Shown here one piece after another: positions 11,473 to 22,300 of a DNA stretch of 64,000 nt. The stretch's first letter is position 1; every line of letters starts with the position of its first letter. The position numbers and the translations under genes are program-made. The notes under the pieces were generated by a model. It did no database searches. It had not been told where the DNA came from and saw nothing but the letters and a program-made list of their open reading frames with translations. This stretch comes from Asterionella formosa (taxonomy: Eukaryota), in the NCBI GenBank assembly GCA_002256025.1, contig NKIB01009591.1, positions 1-64,000 of the forward strand. Reading direction: 5' to 3'.

Positions 11473-13149
11473 TCACTTTCTGCGCCATGTCTTCTTTCGT
11501 GATGCTAACCACCGATAAAAGTTGCGCTTATTTATCGTCGGTAGGTAATCCTGAGCACGTAAGCCATCTTCAAAATCTTCATGCAATCCCATATCATATG
11601 GCATTGGCATGCCATTTTCGTCATTGAACAGGGGGTTGGTTGCGTGCTCGAGTGCAGACAACTGAGAGTTGCTACTTTGAATGAGATGTTTTTGGGCTTT
11701 GTCTGCGAAAAATTTCCTTCTACAAGCCGAACCCTTCAATGAGGGCAAAATGTTATTCTTTCGTAATGATACATAGCAAGCTTTTGTGAACTCATATGAA
11801 GCATCGTCGTTTGGTTGATGATGAGTAGGGGACTCTTGCGCTCGATGGACAAGCAAGCACATTGAACGAAAGCGCTTCATGTATTCGATGACTGCAACTA
11901 GCGTACAAAACATATGAGCGGGTCGTCCGTTAATCGACAGGATTATGTCACCGGGTTTCAATTCGTGAGGACCTTCAAATGATTCCTTAAAAGCATTGAG
12001 AAACGTTTCGGGTTGAGGATTTACTCCGATGGACGAGGGGGCCTTGTAGCTCGCTTTTGCGTGCTTCGTCGCCTTTTGGAGTAAATTATTGCAAACGTGA
12101 CCGACAACAAGGCAGCTGCGATCGAAAAGTGACAGAGTCATACCTGGAAATACGAGGAGCGGTTTAAGTAAAGAGAGTTTTCTAATCTCAAGAGATGATA
12201 CAACGTACTTACCCCAGAACGGGCGATTACTGCCACGTTCCAAGACGAACCCTAAAGTAATTGGTTTGTCAAGTTCAGTAAACTTTTGATCCTCCATAGC
12301 CCTAGCTTGTGCCAAGAGCAGAGATGGGTCATTGGAAAGTTCGATTGGCAGCCCCTCGTGCTCGCTATAGTCGTCAATCTCCATTGAATCGCATTGCACT
12401 TCTTCCTCATTATCCTTAGAAATGCCCACAACATCAAAGTCCCGATAATCACTCGTCATATTTGACTCTCCATTATCAGATGTGTTCGATGGATGCTTCT
12501 TTAAGTTTGATTTATCCATAACATTCCCACTGGCTTTTCCATTCGTATGACAGGCATGGTGCTTCCTGTTTTCACAATTGCCGTTCCTCAAGTGGTCCAA
12601 AGCCCCTGATTTTGATCCAAGCACACCCTTGAGCCTGTGATTACTGACCTCGTTTCTTACTACAAGCTTAGTTTTTTCTGCTTCCTCTTCGTTTTTGGCA
12701 AGGTTATCATCCAAAAGGTCTGAAGGACTCGTCGTAACTGGTGAAGATGTGCTTTCGACTTCCATGCCTATCCTTTTCCTCCTTGATATTTGCGCTGCAA
12801 TGGAAGGGGATGGTTGCAGACTCTTCCCCCACATCATGATTGATTTCTTCTGCTCCATGATCATTAATTGGTATTGCACGGCACTCCACCGCTCATTTAG
12901 CAGTTGGTTAACTACTGCTGTTGTCGATTGCCCCTGCTCAGTCCACTCCTCAATATCATCTGCTGCTCCATACTTTGCCAACGTTTTACAAAGTATATTC
13001 CTTTGATGTTCTTTGTTTCTATACTCCAATGCCTTGAGCTCTTTGCCAAGCTTCTTGGAGTGCGCCTCCATAATCTTGTAAAACGCCCACCCAGCCTTGC
13101 GGTTGGAGCGTCGGGATTCAGTTTTGTTGTTGACCTTGAGTTTCGCCAT
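11473..13149 (-). CDS. Hypothetical protein, 558 aa (coiled-coil N-terminus, possible degenerate PDZ-like segment)
   Basis: Long ATG ORF; 'LKPGDIILSINGR' resembles the PDZ C-terminal strand motif. Confidence 0.65.
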   Translation of the reverse strand: MAKLKVNNKTESRRSNRKAGWAFYKIMEAHSKKLGKELKALEYRNKEHQRNILCKTLAKYGAADDIEEWTEQGQSTTAVVNQLLNERWSAVQYQLMIMEQKKSIMMWGKSLQPSPSIAAQISRRKRIGMEVESTSSPVTTSPSDLLDDNLAKNEEEAEKTKLVVRNEVSNHRLKGVLGSKSGALDHLRNGNCENRKHHACHTNGKASGNVMDKSNLKKHPSNTSDNGESNMTSDYRDFDVVGISKDNEEEVQCDSMEIDDYSEHEGLPIELSNDPSLLLAQARAMEDQKFTELDKPITLGFVLERGSNRPFWGKYVVSSLEIRKLSLLKPLLVFPGMTLSLFDRSCLVVGHVCNNLLQKATKHAKASYKAPSSIGVNPQPETFLNAFKESFEGPHELKPGDIILSINGRPAHMFCTLVAVIEYMKRFRSMCLLVHRAQESPTHHQPNDDASYEFTKACYVSLRKNNILPSLKGSACRRKFFADKAQKHLIQSSNSQLSALEHATNPLFNDENGMPMPYDMGLHEDFEDGLRAQDYLPTINKRNFYRWLASRKKTWRRK

Positions 13150-13971
13150 TCTGTTTCAGTACTTTCCCTCCGTGGGAGCAAGTCTTCTTTTAAGTATTTT
13201 GACTGAAGTAGCAATTATTGCAAAGAAAATATTTGCGGTGAGAGTAATGAAGCAATGTATAGGATGAGCAACACACTAGATATACATCTTGCAACAGCGT
13301 GAAGTGAACGAGGTGGCAAACTGGTGAATTTCAAGAATGGTGCAAGAAAGCAAGCACGCAAAGAATTATCGTCATGATCTTACGGCTGTATTACCGGCAC
13401 CGGTAGATGGGGTCCATGTATTTTTACCTGGTCCTGGAGTGCCAGATACTGGTACCTGGTACCTGGTCCCCGGTCGGTGGTACGTACATGGTACCTGGTA
13501 CCAGTACCAGGGTGCCAGGCAGTAGTGGAAGGTCCAGTAAAACACGTTTTGTTCCACAAAAAAGATAAAGCTAAATATCTCGATTACGGATCTTCCCTTG
13601 TACCCCCTCTATCTATCTATTTTTTGGAAAAGAAATATTTATTCCATCTGATGCTGCTGTACACAAAGGTAATACTGTACCTGGTACCTGGTACCAGGTA
13701 CCGGTACTGGTACCAGGTACCAGAGCAACACTGATGATGGTGGTGCAGAGGAAGGCATCAACTGCAGTGGTGAGCTGGGTGAAGAAGTGTATTATCGATA
13801 CATAGATGCTTCGATGTTCTTCTTAGTATTTCTCAACTAGTTCATTTTTCTCGTCTCTCCAAATTATATTGATTCTCGTTTGTTTTTTGGCTCATTCTCC
13901 TGATCGTCGTTTCTTCTATTCACAGCTCCCTCATTCTACTATATCTCATATCGTCATTATACACTTGAGCT

Positions 13972-16827
13972 ATGCTTCGATCTCGTATTCTGACTTCAAA
14001 ATCCACACGTTTACAAGGCGCCTACCATCGATGCACGTTTCAAGCTCAAGGTCAAGCTACCAGCATTTCATCCCAGCGTCGAAGTTACTTTCTTGGCAAG
14101 GATGGAGAAATTAATGATTCGTCCTCAAGTGCCAACTCGACCATTTTGCCGCCTTCCAGACTCGGTTCGGGCGACACCGCACCGCGGTATCCTCATCTCA
14201 TCGGTATTCCTGTCATTTCCCGACCAATCTTTCCCTTGATGCCCACGTCCATCACCCTCAAGGATAAGGCAACCATTGACGCACTTGAAAAATTGGAAGT
14301 TTCTTCTTACGTTGGAATTTTCTTGCGAAAAAAGAATTCGAATGGAATCACAGACGGTGGCGTCATCATGGACAAGCCAGAAATTATCAAAGACCCAACA
14401 GACCTGTACCATGTTGGAACCTTTGCTCAGATCCATCGCATGACACGTGTAGGCGTTCGAACAAAGACAGATGATCCTCTGAATGACAACTTTTCTGAAG
14501 ACTCTCATGATCATGACAACTCCTCGGTTTCCTTGTGGCTGATGGGGCACCGTCGCATTGATCTCAAGAATGTGGACAATATTGGTCCACCCGTGGATGT
14601 TACAGTATCGCACTGGGACCGACTCGATTATAAAGGAGAAGACGATACAGTTCGCGCTCTCAGTAACGAAGTCCTAAGTGTCATTCGGGAGGTGGCACAG
14701 ATGAATGCACTGTTCCGTGAGAGTCTACAGTTCTTTCCAGCAAGAGTTGACGCAAATGATCCCTATAGATTGGCTGACTTTGTGGCAAGCATTACCAAAT
14801 CAGGAACTCCAGATGAGCTTCAAGCTGTCTTGGAGGAAAAGGATGCAGAAATGAGATTACACAAGGCCTTCGTGTTGCTAATCAAGGAACGTGAGGTTGC
14901 CAAGCTTCAACAAGAGATCACCAGCAAGGTAGAAGAAAAAATGACTGAAGCTCAGCGAAAATATTTTCTAACGGAACAACTCAAGTCAATCAAGAAGGAA
15001 CTTGGAATGGAACGAGATGACAAAGAAGCATTGATTGAAAAGTACCGAAAGCAACTTAGTGAGTATACTGATATTCCAGAAGATATCATGACTACAATTG
15101 AACAAGAACTTGAAAAGCTATCAACATTGGAAAAGAACTCTGCAGAATTTAATGTTACTCGGAGCTATTTGGACTGGTTATGTGGAATCCCGTGGGGAAA
15201 GATGACAGCAGAAAATTTTGATATCAGCGATGCCAGGCGTATTTTGAATAGAGATCACTTCGGACTTGACGATGTCAAAGACACAATTTTGCAGTTCATT
15301 GCTGTGGGAAAACTCAAGGGTTCAGTACAGGGTAAGATTCTTTGTTTAGTTGGCCCACCGGGAACAGGCAAGACAAGTATTGCCAAGTCAATCGCAGATG
15401 CTCTTGGGAGAAAATTCTTCCGATTTTCGGTCGGTGGGCTGTCTGATGTCAGCGAAATTAAGGGACATAGGCGAACCTACATTGGTGCTATGCCTGGAAA
15501 GATTGTTCAATGTCTCAAGACTACAGAAAGCATGAACCCATTAGTTCTCATTGATGAAATCGACAAGCTAGGGTCTGGTTACAGAGGTGATCCCGCTAGC
15601 GCCCTTTTGGAAGTTCTCGATCCAAGTCAAAATTCCAGTTTTCTAGATCATTTTCTTGACGTACCTGTGGACATTAGTAAAGTGCTTTTTATGTGCACAG
15701 CAAACGATTTAGGCAGTATACCAGGGCCTTTGTTGGATCGAATGGAGGTAATTCGACTATCAGGCTACGATTTTCCCGAGAAGGTCGCAATCGCTGAAGG
15801 CTACCTCATACCCAAGTCCATGGGAGACAGTGGCCTTATGGTGAAAAAACCGGAGGGGGGAAATGAGGAGCAAGGTGATGAAAAAGAAACAGCTGAGGAT
15901 GACTCTAGTTTGCCTCTTTCCCGGTACCACCATGGAGACACAGTCCCAACGACACTGTCAATCGGAAAAGGCGCAATAGAGAGTTTGGTGCGATGGTATT
16001 GTCGGGAAGCTGGTGTTCGTAATCTTTCCAAGCATATCGACAAGATTACAGGAAAGCTAGCGCTTCAAGTTGTCGCCGAAGCAGAAGGTACAGAGCTATC
16101 CCAAAAGAGCAAGCGAAAGGCCCAGACGTGGGAAGTGACAGAAGAAAATCTTTCAGACTACGTTGGTAAACCAATCTTCACGAGTGACCGTATGTACGAG
16201 AAAGATCCCTTGCCGCATGGAATTGTCATGGGTCTTGCTTGGACATCGATGGGAGGTTCTGCATTGTACATTGAGACTCAAGGAATCAAGCGAGGATTGG
16301 ACAAAGAAGGAAAGACACGAGGTGGAGGGAGCATTAAAACCACTGGACAACTTGGCGACGTAATGAAGGAGAGCAGTCAAATTGCTTATACTGTTGCGCG
16401 AGCTCGCCTTGCACACATTGAGCCCGGCAACCATTACTTTGATGATACGGACATTCACATGCATGTTCCCGAAGGAGCCACACCAAAAGACGGCCCTTCT
16501 GCTGGAGTAACTATGGTGACCTCGATGCTATCTCTCGCTATGGATATGCCCGTGCGTCACGACGTCGCGATGACTGGAGAAATCAGTTTGACCGGGAAAG
16601 TTTTACCAGTAGGTGGAATAAAGGAGAAGATTATGGCTGCTCGGCGAGCAGGCATCAAGTGCGTCATCTTGCCTCACTCAAATCGCCGTGACTTTGAAGA
16701 AATCCCAGACTACCTAAAGGATGACCTCCAGGTAAACTTTGCTGAAGAGTACGATGACGTTTATAAAGTTGCCTTCGCAAAGCCAAACATAAGCATCGAA
16801 TTGCCACGGGAACCTATAGCACAATAA
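13972..16827 (+). CDS. LONP1: Mitochondrial Lon protease
   Basis: Arg/Ser-rich presequence, Lon N domain, Walker A GPPGTGKT, Walker B LIDEIDK and catalytic PKDGPSAG...GGIKEK dyad. Confidence 0.97.
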   Translation: MLRSRILTSKSTRLQGAYHRCTFQAQGQATSISSQRRSYFLGKDGEINDSSSSANSTILPPSRLGSGDTAPRYPHLIGIPVISRPIFPLMPTSITLKDKATIDALEKLEVSSYVGIFLRKKNSNGITDGGVIMDKPEIIKDPTDLYHVGTFAQIHRMTRVGVRTKTDDPLNDNFSEDSHDHDNSSVSLWLMGHRRIDLKNVDNIGPPVDVTVSHWDRLDYKGEDDTVRALSNEVLSVIREVAQMNALFRESLQFFPARVDANDPYRLADFVASITKSGTPDELQAVLEEKDAEMRLHKAFVLLIKEREVAKLQQEITSKVEEKMTEAQRKYFLTEQLKSIKKELGMERDDKEALIEKYRKQLSEYTDIPEDIMTTIEQELEKLSTLEKNSAEFNVTRSYLDWLCGIPWGKMTAENFDISDARRILNRDHFGLDDVKDTILQFIAVGKLKGSVQGKILCLVGPPGTGKTSIAKSIADALGRKFFRFSVGGLSDVSEIKGHRRTYIGAMPGKIVQCLKTTESMNPLVLIDEIDKLGSGYRGDPASALLEVLDPSQNSSFLDHFLDVPVDISKVLFMCTANDLGSIPGPLLDRMEVIRLSGYDFPEKVAIAEGYLIPKSMGDSGLMVKKPEGGNEEQGDEKETAEDDSSLPLSRYHHGDTVPTTLSIGKGAIESLVRWYCREAGVRNLSKHIDKITGKLALQVVAEAEGTELSQKSKRKAQTWEVTEENLSDYVGKPIFTSDRMYEKDPLPHGIVMGLAWTSMGGSALYIETQGIKRGLDKEGKTRGGGSIKTTGQLGDVMKESSQIAYTVARARLAHIEPGNHYFDDTDIHMHVPEGATPKDGPSAGVTMVTSMLSLAMDMPVRHDVAMTGEISLTGKVLPVGGIKEKIMAARRAGIKCVILPHSNRRDFEEIPDYLKDDLQVNFAEEYDDVYKVAFAKPNISIELPREPIAQ

Positions 16828-16851
16828 AACGTTAAACAGAACAAAACATGG

Positions 16852-18633
16852 CTACGAATTATTCCTAGACTCGCTTTCTAAAACCTTTTGAGCGATTGGC
16901 TTCCACGCCTTTGCAATACTGCGTCGTTGATGCAGAGCGTGAGCTAGGCCTCTCAACAGAATACTGGCCCGTGATGCCATCAGAAGGTCTCTCGGCAGCT
17001 CTTCAATAGGATCTCTGCTCTCAAGATCTTCCATAAAAAGCTGAATATGCTTCCCTCCAGTCAGCTCATCGTTATCTTCATCATAACCAACCCGGGCGTA
17101 CAAATATATATTTTCGGCATCCATATATTTCGATTTGTACCCTGCTTCTTTCATCAAGCTAACAATCTCTTCCCGACTGTCGTCAGCGAGCGCTACAATA
17201 AGTTTACAGAACAGAAGTCTCATGGCATCTGGTAGTTTTTTGACCTGTCCATAATCAATTAATCCAAGCTGAGGTCGTCCTTCGTCCACACCAAGAAGAA
17301 GGATATTCCCTGGACTGTCCAGGAACGTTAACAAAGCAACATGTGCAAACACTATGAACCACAAACTTCGAGGTACTTACTGTGGATCTCCATTGAAATA
17401 ACCATCGACCAGAACCTCCCACCCATGGATATATATGAGATCGTCTACCATTTTGGCATGATTGATTGGAAGGGCATCTTTCCCTTGGTAACTCCGCCAC
17501 TTGAAACCTGGAATCCAACCAACAGTGACATTATGGATAAAATTCCAAGTGTTTGACAGCTGTCGTTGGCGATTCAGCAACATGATGTTGGCGTCCATCT
17601 GTGAAGCCGACGGCCCTTTGTACTCAATCCCTCTATCTTTAGCTTCTTGCTCGTTGGCCTTTTGCTGGGCAACAAAATCCTCTACACTCTGACCAGCTCG
17701 TTCCGCATGTCGCCTCGCGTCTCGCTCTAATGCCACTGCGAGCTTCTCTCCTTTCAATTCTTCCATCACGAGCACACGCTTGGTGCAGAGGTCAAGATAC
17801 GGTTTTGGAACAGCACACAGCTTCGTTGCGTCGCCAGACAAACCTGCTTTTGTAAGATTTTTTCTAACCTGAGCCAAATGATTTGCTTCTTCTCTGTAGT
17901 CGAATTCAGTCATGAATTGCTTCTCGATCTCCTCAAGAGCCGGCACATGGACCGGCTGGGCAAGCTTGGCAAAAAGCTTGATGGTTCTCACGTCACCACG
18001 GAAGAGGCGCTCCACCTGCGGATACATGACTTTGACTACAACTTTGGTTCCGTCTGAAAGCGTCGCACGATGTACCTGTCCAATTGAAGCTGAGCCGATA
18101 GGCGTAGTTTCAAATGAGGAAAAAACCTCGGAAAGAGTCTTCCCCATGTCTTCTTCAATAATTTCTTTGACAACTTGAAATGGCTTGTATGGCACCTGAT
18201 CTTGCAACACAGCCATAGTTTCTTGCCATATTTTCGGAAAAGCGTTCCCAATATTAGCTGCACACATCTGACCACTCTTGATGTAGAAGCCCTGTAATTC
18301 CAACATCTTATCCAGCGCAACTTGACTCGTCTCGCGGTCAAGGTCATCCCACACGTCTTCGGGAGATTCGCGAAACATATGCCATCGATACTGCACGTAT
18401 TTCGGCAGAGCAATCTGGTAAAACGAAAACGTTCGATCCAAGCCTTCTCCGCCTCCAAAGTGGTCATGCATATACTTCGCCCCACCAGCAACCGTCATCA
18501 CCAAGCCACCCGCAACTGGGTACCACCAAGAGATTGCATCGTTCGCTTTCTGTTTGCTGGAGAATGAGCGATATTGAAAGGAGGTCAGGCGCTGTCTGGC
18601 CCTAATAAGGCCGGACCGTCCAGTAGACAGCAT
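16852..18633 (-). CDS. ABC1/UbiB atypical kinase (ADCK-like), probably mitochondrial; exons 18633-17381, 17314-16852
   Basis: IKSGQ, 'PIGSASIGQVHRA', VVKV, EFDYREEA and DYG motifs. DPHPGN is restored across GT-AG intron 17315-17380. Confidence 0.92.
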
Positions 18634-19320
18634 TATATGCTTGGGTGCGTTGTATAGTGTGTTGTGTCGCGTACGGTACGTATTCTGGATTGTACCCGCC
18701 TGTAATTATCTTTGTGTAAAGAGCTGGATGCGTATACTGGTAGTCTTTGTATTGTATTTGCCGAGAATCAAACTTTATAATTTTCACAGGATGAAGTGCA
18801 AGTCGTATGTATATTTATTGATGCCTCCCAAGCCTTCATTTGTTCATCCTCAGCTGAAGGAGAAAACGAAGAGGAACAAATATTTTTTAATTACCGGTAT
18901 AATACCGGTATATCCATGCCATTTTAGTACCGGGATAAAATCATCACAAACAGCCAAATGATCTTACTGTTCCTGGTAGTGGTTACGTGGTTACCCTACA
19001 TATCTATGATTGCTTACGGAAGGTGTGTGTCTCACATCATATGTACCGGCATATGTATTGCCATGTATGATGTGCATCGATAAAATGGACTACCGGTACC
19101 GGTAACGTACTGTATCTAAACAGGAAGGTCCGGTCTACCTTCTCTACCTCCTCGAGAAAAAATAACAGAACTTCGACACATCATTGCCACACTCGATGCT
19201 TCTGCCCTACATGTTGAAACATACAAATGACCTGATCAGCATTAGCCATATTAATCTTCGCCTCCTGAGAGGAAAGGTACCAGGTAGCAATGTGACCGAA
19301 CACAAAGACAACTGTGATAA

Positions 19321-22300
19321 CTATGAACTACTAAACAGGGTGTTGTTTTCTAGTGTCAGACTTCCATCGTCACTTCCGCTCAATTCAATTTCTCCCCAGC
19401 CACCGGACACTTCAAAGTCACCCAAAGAGTCTCCACTGGAGTCGTCGTCAACTACTCCTTCGATAATTTCTTTGTCGGATTTTATAATCAAAGTATTGTC
19501 TTGCAGGGGTGTTTTCTTTCTTGCTATCAAAAATTCTGTTCGCATTGCACCAACGTCAACCTCTAACAAAACAGGGGTTACTCTTCGTTTCTTCTTTTTG
19601 GGACGTTTTTGCAATGTTGATATCGCGCACACACTCTCCCAGCTGATTTCATGAAATCCATCATCTGTGTCGTCAGATTTAGGAGTCATCTCCTCCATCG
19701 AATCTGAGGAAGCCGAAAATTCATATTCTGATGTAGGAGGCAGTAAATTGTGCGCTAGCGCTATTGATCGAAGGCTAATCATCGCCTTTTCAGTAGAGTG
19801 CATTAAGGCTGAAAACTTCTTGTAGTGAGATGCATAAAGCCATGCATTAATGTCATCTGGACCGCTGACGTTGCCTTCAACGACAGCTCGACTACTCCGC
19901 CATCCCACTCGCGCCCAGTCACAAAACGAAGTTATTCTGCCAACTCCATTTGCGGCCACTTGCTTCAGAAGACAGTCCAGATGCTTTATAGATCCTGGAT
20001 CATACTTTCCGATTCTTCTCTCAGCAGGAGTCAGTATTGGTTGCATGTTACGCCATTCGACACATCTAATGACGTGATATTGGCACAGGTTCAATATTAG
20101 TTGACAAGAGTTCAAAATTCGTACCACCGAACGTCGAGGAAACGCCTTGGTATACTTCCTGAAGAGGTCAAGTACACGACCAAAGTGGCGTAAGTATGAC
20201 AAAAAATGCTGGAACGGTTCAGGCGATTCGTCGCCATTATTCCAATTAGCAGGCGGCACAATCGCCAGTGTTGCCACCGTGATATTGGCGATCACATCAA
20301 CAAAGAACCCAAGCGCTGAACTGGAAAGCCCAGGAATCAACAAAACATGATTTTTTCCCCCTTTCTCACTTTTTCCCTGCTCCTTGCCATTGCTCTCCGA
20401 AGTTGAGAGCAATAATCTATCCAATTCATTGATCAGCTTCGAAATAAAGGAGCAAGCCCGCCCCTCAGTGCAAGTAGGCTGTATCATGAGAGCCCAAAGA
20501 AGCAACAACCATCGACCCATTATTGAATTCTCTTTATAGTCTTTCGAAGAATTTGTCGAGGCTCGAGCAACGGATGAAATGATTGCATGCTTTGCAAGGT
20601 GATTTACTTTCGACACTTCAGCTTTATCTCTGTCGTCGAGAAGGGTCTTGGTTGCGAAAAGGAATGTGTAAGGCAATTGGTTCAAGTGATCATCGGACTG
20701 CACGGTGAATACTGTGTGCAATGCCCTCCAACATATGTCACAGGCCAAATCAACCAATGAGCCATCCTTGAGTGCCAACAAACCTAATACATCGACAAAA
20801 ATCATTGCAGTGAACTGATCGTCACATGAATGTAAGTGAAACAGCAAGGACTGCACTGCTTGATGTTGAACCAGAACAACGTCAAGTGTTATATCTTCAA
20901 TATTGTCCTCAGCAGCAAAATGCTGCGCAAATAGGCCTACACACTTTTCACGGTGATGAATAAAATGTTCCCGAAACATCGACAAGTAGGCCGCATGAAG
21001 AGCAGCAAGCTTTGAAAATTCGATATCCAACCCGTCTGTGTAGTGCTCCCTCCTGAACGCTGGTAGTTTCATGGACAAATGCGCCGCTGTATTCATGATG
21101 CGGGCAAATATGTCATCACTTGGTATTAAACTGCGGGTTCCGATTATACAATTTAGATCCAGAATTTGTCGTTTCAAATTTCGTCCCAGATTCTGACATA
21201 AATGCCGCAAAACTCGTAATCGGACTTCAATCACCATATTCGCCGAAAGTCTCAGTTCTACAGGCAGTATGTTGTGTGAAAGAAAATGATTCATGACAAG
21301 ATCATCGTTGGTATGAGAAAGTGAATCGTAAAGGATTTGGTGTCCCATTAGGGAATCCTTTGAATGGAATAGGAAATCAATAATTGTGTTTAGCGATGTT
21401 ACAGCGGCATCAATGTCATCCCTCAATTTCTGAAACTGGGGACTCAGCACGCCTGCTCCTTTTGGATGAAATTTTACCGGGAGCTCAAGCGAATCTGGAT
21501 CCCCATTGTTTTCCAAGGGTCGACTCTTGTCATTGTCAGTTGAAGCCTCAGTCTTAACCGATCGCGAGAGTGCATCACTGATTGACACTAATATGTCCAC
21601 AACAAGAATTGCCTTCATCTCAAGATCCAATATCTTCATGACTTGATATTGTACCAGCTTTTTCCCCCTCTCGCCGTAACCTGCGGTTTCAAAATGGCCA
21701 TGAGCATTCTTCAAAACGGCAATTGACAAACCTGCGGCCAATGCAACACCTGCCGCAAATCGAAGAAATCCGTCGCCTATTTTCTCCAAATTGCATCCGT
21801 TTTTGCTTTTCAACAATATTTCAACCATTTCCTTTGTCGCCTTCTTGTCAATCGCCTTGTGTAGGTCATTAAGGTCAAAATTGAAGGCTTCGAGTACGAC
21901 ACTATTTCCCTCGTTGTCCTCGTTAAGGTTGCTTAGTATGAACAAGAGGGAAGGCAGTTCAATCGATGCTTCCAACCACCCATCAGGAGTCCAACCAACC
22001 GACTTTCGCTTAGGTATGTTTCCTGACAGAAGGGTATGCGCATTTGCCGACTCGTTCCTTCCTAATTCTAAGTATGCATTGACAAGGTCAAAAATCCATG
22101 TAACCTCGGTCAACCAACTCTTCGGGCTCGATGTGCCTCGGAAACGAAGAAAAGTATCGATACATAATACAAGTTCCCTTGTCTTCCGTTTGTGATTGTT
22201 GTTGCCTTCGCATGCCGATGAAAAGAAGCCAGGCAGTCTGCTATACACAAGTACGGATTTCTTCCTATCAGCTCGGGTTTGTGAATAATGGGACAGTAAC

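Noticed and set aside
3634..11475. UGA recoding (Trp or Sec), suggested by 'PPD*VEP' and 'WRRK*RV'
   Set aside because: Other well-supported genes (POLE3, Gfo/Idh/MocA-like, 2OG oxygenase) terminate at TGA, long CDSs have no internal TGA, and no convincing SECIS was seen.
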